A stretch of 31,139 nucleotides of DNA from Vulcanimicrobiales bacterium (GTDB lineage Bacteria; Vulcanimicrobiota; Vulcanimicrobiia; Vulcanimicrobiales; Vulcanimicrobiaceae): contig JBBQQR010000023.1 of assembly GCA_038215615.1 (NCBI GenBank), positions 1 through 31,139 on the forward strand, given 5' to 3'. Shown in pieces: positions 15,728-23,010 of the stretch. The notes below the pieces were generated by a model. The model had not been told where the DNA came from. It did no database searches and saw only the letters and a list, made by a program, of their open reading frames with translations. Position 1 is the first letter of the stretch; each line of letters begins with the position of its first letter. A program made the translations under genes and the position numbers.

Positions 15728-16732
15728 CTAGTTGTTGAGCGGGTGGTCAGCTACGTACGCGGCCACTGCAGTTGAGACGGCGCTTTGCACGGAGTCTCCG
15801 TCGCCCGACGTTTCGGCGAGTCTCGCTCCAAAGCACGTGTAGACGTCGAATACGAAACTGTATTGTGTCCGGCTAAAGAAGCCGCGGCGAACCGATTTGG
15901 ATGAGAGGGTGCCCGTCGCGACGGTGTTATTGCGGTCGGCGCCACAGATTGCATTGGCCGACTTCGCGGCGTCGCCGCTTGAGTTGGTGTTGCGCGCGGC
16001 GTAGCGTTGATTCAGCGCCGCGTACAGCGCGCCCGTAGCGTCGCTTAGTGCTGCGCTCGGGCTGCCGCTAACACGAACGACGAAAATGCCCTTAGCCGGC
16101 TTCACGATCGCAGACGGATGCGGATCCGGCGTTTGCCGCGGGTGCCGCTTGAACAGGCCGGCAATGCCGCCTCCGATGTTGGCTTGATTGCTGGGCAGCG
16201 GCGCCGGAGTCGCCTGTGCGGAAGACTCGGCGAAAGCCTGCGCTTTACTCTGCTCGCGTGCGACAATGCCGTCGCGAATGCTAATCGCCTGCGAAGTTGC
16301 GTCTTCAAAAGATTGGATTTGCGCGGTAGCCGCAAGAATTATTGTTCCAGTCGAAGTGTCGACCACTTGCTCGACCAGCGAAACTCCGCCGCCCAGCGGT
16401 GTCATGTATCCGGCGACGTAATACGACGCGGTCAGCGATCTCGCGTAGTCTAAGTAATTCGCGCGTTTGATCGTGGCCGGTCCCTGGAGCGCGTCGACGT
16501 CGCCCGCGGCGTTCATTTGGCTGATAAACAGTTGCGCGGTCCGCGTGCCCGTGTCCGAACGCATGTCGGTGCTGAAATCGAATGGATAGACGACGACGAG
16601 CGGCAGCTTGGGCCGTGCAGATGGCAGAACGGCCGGCGCAAGCGTAGATGTGGCTTTGGGCGCGGGCGGCGGCGCAGCTGCAATTAAGCCAACGGTCGAT
16701 ACAAGAAGAAGAGCCGCGAAAACTCGACGCAC
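15728..16732 (-). CDS. Secreted hypothetical protein (possible CsgG/TolB-N-like alpha/beta domains)
   Basis: Signal peptide MRRVFAALLLV; Pro-rich linkers; VVVYPF...YYVAG.M...VEQVVD..TG.I pattern. Confidence 0.65.
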   Translation of the reverse strand: MRRVFAALLLVSTVGLIAAAPPPAPKATSTLAPAVLPSARPKLPLVVVYPFDFSTDMRSDTGTRTAQLFISQMNAAGDVDALQGPATIKRANYLDYARSLTASYYVAGYMTPLGGGVSLVEQVVDTSTGTIILAATAQIQSFEDATSQAISIRDGIVAREQSKAQAFAESSAQATPAPLPSNQANIGGGIAGLFKRHPRQTPDPHPSAIVKPAKGIFVVRVSGSPSAALSDATGALYAALNQRYAARNTNSSGDAAKSANAICGADRNNTVATGTLSSKSVRRGFFSRTQYSFVFDVYTCFGARLAETSGDGDSVQSAVSTAVAAYVADHPLNN

Positions 16733-16805
16733 GAAGTCCTCTCTAAAGGGAGCTAATGCAACCCCGCTGGAAACGGCGGGGCCGCGTCATTCGTTTCCTC
16801 ACCGG

Positions 16806-17678
16806 TCACGAGGCGCCCTCGCTTTCCGTTTCTACAACGTCCTGCTCGGTGGGCCGGACGGGGTCCACAAGGGCTGCGACCGTCTCGCTTCCTTTTTCGT
16901 GGGCCCAAGCTGCACTGAGCTCGGCGCCGAAGAAAAAAATCGCGCCCAGCAGATAAAACCACAACAGGAGTACGAGCGGCGCGGAGAGAGCGCCATAAAT
17001 ATGCGTGAAATCGACGTGGACCGTATAGAACGCGAAGGCGTATTGCGCTGCCGGCCACATCAGTGCTGCAAAGGTCGCGCCCGGTATGCCGAAGTACCAG
17101 CGCACCGAACGGTTGGGCAGGAACGTGTACAGCACGACGACCACGATGAAAATCAGCAGCATCGAGAGCGCATACGCCAGCACCTCGGAGACGTTTTGTG
17201 GATTGGAAAAATGCGCGTACACCACGAAAAGCGATACGAGAATGGGCAGCCCCATGGCTACGACCATCACGATGCCGATGAGCGGCAGCATGATGAGCGA
17301 AAGCGCGATATCGTGAATGAGCGGCCGGCTCTTGGGAACGGCCAGCGCGCGGTTGAGTGCGTAGGCGAGTCCCATACAGAGATTCTTTCCGGCCCAGATG
17401 ACAACCGCAAAGGCGATGATGCTGGAGATGCCACGGCCATAAACGTACGTTTGAAGATTGGTCGCCACCGTTTGGTGGAGCGCCGGGGCGAATTCGTCGA
17501 CGAAGGCGAGAATTTGCTGATTCGCATTGGGGTAAATCAGCGACGCGCCGGTCAAAATCAGCACGAAAAGCGGGAAGATCGCAAAGAGCGCATTGAACGC
17601 AATGGCTTGTGACAAGAAGGCGCAGCCGTCGCGGGAAAACCGCATGCCGGCCTCGCGGAATGCCAAGATGAGTCGCAT
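16806..17678 (-). CDS. YihY/virulence factor BrkB family membrane protein
   Basis: AIAFNALFAIFP, YALNRA, LYTFLPN, PGA, YGALSA..VLLLWFY....FFFGAE; start moved to ATG 17678 (AGGA upstream). Confidence 0.92.
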   Translation of the reverse strand: MRLILAFREAGMRFSRDGCAFLSQAIAFNALFAIFPLFVLILTGASLIYPNANQQILAFVDEFAPALHQTVATNLQTYVYGRGISSIIAFAVVIWAGKNLCMGLAYALNRALAVPKSRPLIHDIALSLIMLPLIGIVMVVAMGLPILVSLFVVYAHFSNPQNVSEVLAYALSMLLIFIVVVVLYTFLPNRSVRWYFGIPGATFAALMWPAAQYAFAFYTVHVDFTHIYGALSAPLVLLLWFYLLGAIFFFGAELSAAWAHEKGSETVAALVDPVRPTEQDVVETESEGAS

Positions 17679-17708
17679 AGGGTCCTGCGATACTATCGCG
17701 GTTCGTCC

Positions 17709-18194
17709 ATGATATTCCCACTTACCGCTCCCGCGCTCGCGGTGCTGCTCAACGGGACCATCGTGCATTCGTACTCACCGGCCTACGTCGTGCGCGGGCA
17801 CGTCATTGCGCCGCTGGAACCCTATGTAACGGCGGTCGCTGCAAGCATCGGGTTGCGCGGCGCTCAGCTGATCGTGACGCGCGGCGATCGTTTCGCACAG
17901 TTACCGGTCGCAGCAAACCTCGCTCCGTCGCAATGGGCGCTGACCTATGTGGAGATCGCGCCGATCATGCGAAGTTTGGGCGTTCGCGTCGCCTACGATG
18001 CACAATTACGACGGCTAGAGATCGATACCGCCGGTCCCATCGTCGTAACGCCGACGCCGTTCAACGCCGCCGTGCCGGCGGCGCCGCCTGCGGCCGTTTT
18101 TACCCCCTTCCCGGTTGCCACGCCGCGGCCGCAGGTAAGCGGTAGGCCCGCGCCGCGGCGCACACCGCTTCCGGTCACATGCTGCACGCGTTAA
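17709..18194 (+). CDS. Copper amine oxidase N-terminal (stalk)-like domain protein
   Basis: VLLNG...PAYVVRGHVIAPL and TYVEI.PIMRSLGVRVAYD...RRLEI pattern; Pro/Thr-rich tail. Confidence 0.7.
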   Translation: MIFPLTAPALAVLLNGTIVHSYSPAYVVRGHVIAPLEPYVTAVAASIGLRGAQLIVTRGDRFAQLPVAANLAPSQWALTYVEIAPIMRSLGVRVAYDAQLRRLEIDTAGPIVVTPTPFNAAVPAAPPAAVFTPFPVATPRPQVSGRPAPRRTPLPVTCCTR

Positions 18195-19018
18195 CTCTTC
18201 TGCTCGGGCTGACATTTCTGTCGGCCGACGGCAGTTCGATCGCGGGCACGCTGACGTACCCGCAATCGCACAGCGGAAAAGTGCCCGCCGTTGTGTTCGT
18301 CGGAAGCAACGGTCCGGTGGACCGCACCGAACTTGTCGGTGTAACGCCCGTCTTCGATCTGTACGCAGATGCGCTGAACAAGGCGGGCTTCGCCGTACTG
18401 CGCTACGACAATCGCGGGGTCGGGCAGAGTGCGAGCAAAACGCAAGCCGAACGTGTGCGGCGGCAGAATTTTATCGACGACGCTGTTGCTGCAGTACGAG
18501 CGGCGGCAAGCGATCCGGCGATCGACCCGTCGCGGATCTCCATCCTTGGATTGAGTGAGGGAAGCGACACAGCACTCGCCGCGGCGTTGTCGGCAGCGCC
18601 CGTGCGCGGCTTGGTGTTAGTGGGGCCGCTCAGCGTGCCCTATGCGCAGGCGATGGCCGAGCAGGACGCTACCGCCTCGCCGCTGGTCAAGCAGCGCGAC
18701 GCGCTCTTACTTGCGATGCCGTACTTTCAAAGTTACGCAAGTGTGGATCCGCGTAAAGAGGTCGCCTTCGTCTATCAGCCGCTTTTGCTCGTGCGGGGCC
18801 TTTCGGATACGCAGACTCCGGCGGCGGACTTCGACGGTTTGGTGCAAGCGGCGCAGACCGCACGCCGCGACGTCACGGTAAAGCGTTTTCCCGGCGACGA
18901 TCATTTCTTGCTGCAGCTGTCGGATGAAGAGCTTCGCGGGACTCCGCAATACCAGCAGCGGCACGAGTTAGACCCGGCCGCCGCCGGCGCAATCGTTAGT
19001 TGGCTGCGCTCGCACTAG
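18179..19018 (+). CDS. Alpha/beta hydrolase (serine aminopeptidase S33/S9-like)
   Basis: GTLTYP...PAVVFV.SNGPVDR, GFAVLRYDNRGVGQS, nucleophile GLSEG, G..DTQ Asp, DDH His. Confidence 0.88.
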   Translation: MLHALTLLLGLTFLSADGSSIAGTLTYPQSHSGKVPAVVFVGSNGPVDRTELVGVTPVFDLYADALNKAGFAVLRYDNRGVGQSASKTQAERVRRQNFIDDAVAAVRAAASDPAIDPSRISILGLSEGSDTALAAALSAAPVRGLVLVGPLSVPYAQAMAEQDATASPLVKQRDALLLAMPYFQSYASVDPRKEVAFVYQPLLLVRGLSDTQTPAADFDGLVQAAQTARRDVTVKRFPGDDHFLLQLSDEELRGTPQYQQRHELDPAAAGAIVSWLRSH

Positions 19019-19511
19019 CGGGACGCCGGAGAAAACGCAAGCTCGAATTGATGAACGCGATCAGCACAGCCACGCCGAGGATGATCCAGCGGTCGATGTC
19101 CGAGCCCAATATGCTCCAGCCGATCGCTTTGTCGATCGAGTAGATGCCGAAGCCGGCGAAGTCAATCGCAAGCGCTCCCGCAACGTACATCCCGGGCAGC
19201 TCCCAGCCGTTGTTTCCGACAAAGAAGCCCTTGCCCCAATGCACCGTAAAGATCGCGGTCAGCATCACTACCACCAGCAAGCCGGGGCCGACCCCGCCCA
19301 GGAAGCCGAGAGCGATGAGCAGGCCGCCGCCAAACTCCCCGAGGCCTGCGGCCAATCCCATCAACATGGGCGGGCGCATGTTCATGCTGGCCATGAACCC
19401 CGCCATCCCCTTGGGACCCGGTCCCCCGAAGGAGCCGAAAAGCTTCTGGGCGCCGTGGGCAGCCAGGCCGAGCCCGATAACCAAGCGCGCAATCAGCAGC
19501 GCAGTACTCAT
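18996..19511 (-). CDS. DoxX family membrane protein (CatD/MhqP-like)
   Basis: LIARLVIGL..AAHGAQKLFG.FGG.G...EFGGGLL..LG...VHW.KGF....GWE...G.G.YSID. Confidence 0.92.
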   Translation of the reverse strand: MSTALLIARLVIGLGLAAHGAQKLFGSFGGPGPKGMAGFMASMNMRPPMLMGLAAGLGEFGGGLLIALGFLGGVGPGLLVVVMLTAIFTVHWGKGFFVGNNGWELPGMYVAGALAIDFAGFGIYSIDKAIGWSILGSDIDRWIILGVAVLIAFINSSLRFLRRPASASAAN

Positions 19512-19585
19512 TTTAGAACCTACCTATTTTCAGGTTACTTACTTGTTATAGCCGTGTGCTAAAATAGTAAGGGAGTCACTGTGAG
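19512..19585. promoter_or_regulatory. Divergent doxX/hxlR control region with probable regulator operator(s)
   Basis: AT-rich 74-bp spacer; TGcTAAAAT extended -10 (19557-19565); SD GGGAG; imperfect inverted repeats ACCT-N6-AGGT (19522-19535) and TGCT-AAAAT-AGTA; tandem TACT repeats. Confidence 0.5.
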
Positions 19586-19921
19586 ATGTCAATAGCCTCG
19601 GAACATAGCTTATGCCCACGCTACCACCGGGCGGTAGAGCTCGTAGGCAAGCGTTGGACGGGTGCCGTCGTGCGGACCCTGATGGGGGGCCCGCGACGCT
19701 TCAACGAGCTCCTCACGTCGATTCCAGGCATTTCCGACCGGCTGCTTACCGAGCGGCTGCGTGAGCTGGAAGCCGAGAAGGTTGTTCGGCGCGAGGTGAA
19801 GCCGGAAGCGCCGGTGCGCGTGGTCTACGAACTGACCGACCGCGGTCGCGATTTGGGCCCCGCGCTGGACGAAATCGCCCGTTGGGCCGAACGCTGGATA
19901 GAGATCCCGACAGCGCGCTGA
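19586..19921 (+). CDS. HxlR/DUF24 (MarR-type) redox-sensing regulator, YodB/CatR/QsrR-like
   Basis: LCPRYHRAVELVGKRWTG, RRFNEL...IPGISDRLLTERLRELE, PVRVVYELTDRG; single N-terminal Cys. Confidence 0.92.
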   Translation: MSIASEHSLCPRYHRAVELVGKRWTGAVVRTLMGGPRRFNELLTSIPGISDRLLTERLRELEAEKVVRREVKPEAPVRVVYELTDRGRDLGPALDEIARWAERWIEIPTAR

Positions 19922-19926
19922 AGAGC

Positions 19927-22900
19927 GTGAAGGCCGGCCTTTTCGCAGCCCTGGTATTTGCCTTTGCCGTTGCGAGCGCTCGAGCGCAGGAACCGCAGTT
20001 CGGCGACCTCGCCTATCGCTGGCTCGGCCCCGCCGTCATGGGCGGGCGGCTGGATGCCGTGGCCGGGATTCCGGGCGACCCGGCGGTCGTGTATCTCGCG
20101 CATTCCTCCGGCGGTTTGTGGAAGTCGCGGAACGGCGGCCTTTCATTCGCGTCGGTGTTCGAAGCGGGAGAGACCGCGGCGGTCGGCGCCATCGCGATCG
20201 ATCCGCGCGATTCGCGCCGAGTGCTGATCGGCACGGGCGAAGGTTTTCCCCGCAATACGGCCGTTTACGGTGACGGCGTTTGGCTTTCGACGGACGGCGC
20301 GCGCCATTGGCGCAACGTGGGTCTGACGCAAAGCGGGAGCATTGCGAAGATCGCGATCGATCCGCAAAATAGCAAGGTCGTATTGGCAGCGGCGATGGGA
20401 CGCGAGTTCGCTCCCGGCGGCGACCGCGGAATCTATCGTAGTGAAGACGGCGGCCTGCACTGGCAGCGCGTGTTATACGTCAACGGCATGACGGGCGGCT
20501 GTGACGTCGCATTCGATCCGAAAAACGGCAACATCGTTTTTGCCGGCACGTTCGAATACCTACGGCGTCCTTGGACGATGATCAGCGGCGGAGCCGGGAG
20601 CGGCCTTTACAGATCCGTCGATGCGGGAAGAACATGGAGCAAACTCACCGATCCGGCGCTTCACAACGGTTTACCGGCGGGGCCCATCAACCGCGTCGGC
20701 GTGAGCGTCTGTTACAGCGATCCGAGAATGGTGTATGCGTTTGTCCCGGTCAAGAACGGCATGTTGTATCGCAGCTCGGACGGGGGCGCGCACTGGCAGA
20801 TGCGCAACGCCAGTCAAGAGATCAACTTCCGGCCGTTTTATTTTTCGCAAGTACGCTGCGATCCCGCGAACGCGCAGAAGGTGTTTGCCGTTGCGGGCGG
20901 GCTACGCGTTTCGCTCGACGGCGGAAAAACATTTCGCAGTGCGGGCGGCGGCGGCGACAACCACGATTTGTGGATCGATCCGCGTAACCCGCGCCGGCTG
21001 CTCAACGGCAGCGACCTCGGGTTCGATTATTCTGTCGATGGCGGGAAAACGTGGAGTTTCGACAACGTGGTCCCCTTCGATCAGATCTATCGCGTCGGTT
21101 ACGATATGGACGTGCCGTACCACGTCATGGGCGGCTTGCAAGATCACGAGGTTTGGCGCGGTCCGAACGAATTGCCGAGCCGCAGCGATGGAGTCGCGGG
21201 TGGAGATTGGCTCAACATCTCCGATTGGGGCGACGGGCAGTACGCAATGGCCGATCCGCGCGACCCCAATGTGATCTACGAAGATACGCACTTTGGCGAC
21301 CTGGCGCGCGAAGATCTCGCCTCCGGCGAGCGGCGATATATTTCACCCCAGCCGATTATCGGCTTTGGAACCGGCGCAGCGACGTACAAATACCGGTTCA
21401 ACTGGAGCGCGCCGCTGCTCATTTCCCGCTTCGATCCGGACGCCATATACTTCGGCGGCAACGTGCTGTTCCGCTCGGCCGATCGTGGGAACTCGTGGTC
21501 GGAGCTCAGCCCCGATCTTACGCGATGCGATCCGGGGCAACTCGCTGCTAGCGGCGGTCCGATCACGCTCGACGACACCAACGCCGAAACGTACTGCACG
21601 ATCTACTCTATCGGAGAAGATGCGAAAAGTCCGGAAACGATCTGGTACGGAACCGATAACGGGCATCTCGAACTGACGCGCGACGGAGGCAAGTCTTGGA
21701 AAGACACGATCGCAGGCGTTCCCGGCCTCGAGCTTCCGGCGCGGATCAGCGCGATTGCTCCTTCGCCGTCGCGCGCCGGGATGGCGTACGTATCGCTCGA
21801 TCGTCATCAGTGGAACGACTACACGCCGTACGCGTTCGTAACGACCGATTACGGCACGACGTGGTCGCCGATCGCCCGGGGGCTCACGGGCTACGTTCAC
21901 GTCGTCCGGGAGGATCCTCGCAATTCATCGGTGCTGTATGCGGGCACGGAAACGGGAGTATTTGTTTCGTTTGACGGCGGCAGCCACTGGAGCGACCTGC
22001 GCTTGGGGATTCCGCGCGTCCCGATCTTCGATCTGCAGATCCACCCGCGCGACAACGATCTGATACTCGGATCGCACGGACGCGGTTTTTACGTGCTCGA
22101 CGATCTCACGCCGTTGCAAGCCTGGTCGCGAGCCGCCGGTTCGGACGCCTATTTGTTCGCACCTATGCCTGCGCTGCGCTCCTCCAGCTCGGCTTACCGC
22201 GAGCATGGGCGGGGCGCGTACCTTTCTGATAATAAGCCCTACGGCGCGTTGATCTCGCTCTATCTCGCCAAGTCGCCGCCTGCGCCCGCCAAACAGAAAC
22301 CGTCGGTTATGGTGCAAGTGCTCGACAGCGGGAATCATACGATCGACCAGTTCTCCGCAACGGTGCACGCGGGTTTGAACCGGTTCACCTGGGACTTGCG
22401 CGTTCTGCCTCCGTCGGGAACCGGCACCATTCAGGACGCGCGCCCGTATTACATATTCTTCCCGATGAAGATCCGTGGACCGCAAGTGCTTCCCGGCACC
22501 TACAGTCTGCGCATCGAAGTGAACGGAGAAACTCTCAGTGCGCCGGTGAGCGTGCACATGGATCCGCATCGTCTGCTTGCTCCGCTCGATCTGCAGCGGC
22601 AGTACGATGCTCTGCAAAACCTCGCCGCGATTCAGGAGCGCGTCGAAATCGCGCTTGCGAAATTGGATAGCCTGCGCCGCCAGATCGCCGCGCTGCGCGT
22701 CCGAGCCGGCGCACCCGCGCGCGAGCTTGACACCTACGACGCAGGCCTCATGAGCGAGCAAGAGCGGCTGCGCAACCCCGAACCCAGCGGTTACCGCCGC
22801 CCGGCTCGCCTAAGCGAGCAGCTCGCGTATCTTCGTTACACCATCGAGCAGTACGACGGCGTGCCGACCGTTCCGCAGCAGGCGCTAGCTGCGCAATACG

Positions 22901-23010
22901 CTGCCGAGACGGCGGCAGCCGAAACGAATCTCGCGGACCTCTTTGGTGAAAAGCTCGCCACGCTGAACGGACTGCTCCGCTCCGCGCATCTGCCGGAACT
23001 GCACACCTGA
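19927..23010 (+). CDS. Secreted BNR/Asp-box (VPS10/YCF48-like) beta-propeller protein, glycosyl-hydrolase-like
   Basis: Signal peptide ending ARA-Q; RWLGP..MGGR; many S.DGG..W Asp boxes; GGLQD, RFNWSAP, SHGRG; helical C-terminus. Start placed at GTG 19927. Confidence 0.88.
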   Translation: MKAGLFAALVFAFAVASARAQEPQFGDLAYRWLGPAVMGGRLDAVAGIPGDPAVVYLAHSSGGLWKSRNGGLSFASVFEAGETAAVGAIAIDPRDSRRVLIGTGEGFPRNTAVYGDGVWLSTDGARHWRNVGLTQSGSIAKIAIDPQNSKVVLAAAMGREFAPGGDRGIYRSEDGGLHWQRVLYVNGMTGGCDVAFDPKNGNIVFAGTFEYLRRPWTMISGGAGSGLYRSVDAGRTWSKLTDPALHNGLPAGPINRVGVSVCYSDPRMVYAFVPVKNGMLYRSSDGGAHWQMRNASQEINFRPFYFSQVRCDPANAQKVFAVAGGLRVSLDGGKTFRSAGGGGDNHDLWIDPRNPRRLLNGSDLGFDYSVDGGKTWSFDNVVPFDQIYRVGYDMDVPYHVMGGLQDHEVWRGPNELPSRSDGVAGGDWLNISDWGDGQYAMADPRDPNVIYEDTHFGDLAREDLASGERRYISPQPIIGFGTGAATYKYRFNWSAPLLISRFDPDAIYFGGNVLFRSADRGNSWSELSPDLTRCDPGQLAASGGPITLDDTNAETYCTIYSIGEDAKSPETIWYGTDNGHLELTRDGGKSWKDTIAGVPGLELPARISAIAPSPSRAGMAYVSLDRHQWNDYTPYAFVTTDYGTTWSPIARGLTGYVHVVREDPRNSSVLYAGTETGVFVSFDGGSHWSDLRLGIPRVPIFDLQIHPRDNDLILGSHGRGFYVLDDLTPLQAWSRAAGSDAYLFAPMPALRSSSSAYREHGRGAYLSDNKPYGALISLYLAKSPPAPAKQKPSVMVQVLDSGNHTIDQFSATVHAGLNRFTWDLRVLPPSGTGTIQDARPYYIFFPMKIRGPQVLPGTYSLRIEVNGETLSAPVSVHMDPHRLLAPLDLQRQYDALQNLAAIQERVEIALAKLDSLRRQIAALRVRAGAPARELDTYDAGLMSEQERLRNPEPSGYRRPARLSEQLAYLRYTIEQYDGVPTVPQQALAAQYAAETAAAETNLADLFGEKLATLNGLLRSAHLPELHT

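Noticed and set aside
16608..17721. Long alternative ORFs (334 aa on +, 322 aa on -) over the yihY gene, and similar shadow ORFs elsewhere (1182-1862, 8819-9469, 21925-22761, 29616-30416)
   Set aside because: These are Arg-rich antisense or off-frame shadows typical of high-GC coding DNA; the overlapping frame has the recognisable family motifs.
20100..22000. Repeated GACGGCGG...TGG segments as a possible DNA repeat array or CRISPR
   Set aside because: They encode Asp-box (S-x-D-G-G-x-x-W) protein repeats with irregular spacing; there is no repeat-spacer structure and no cas gene.
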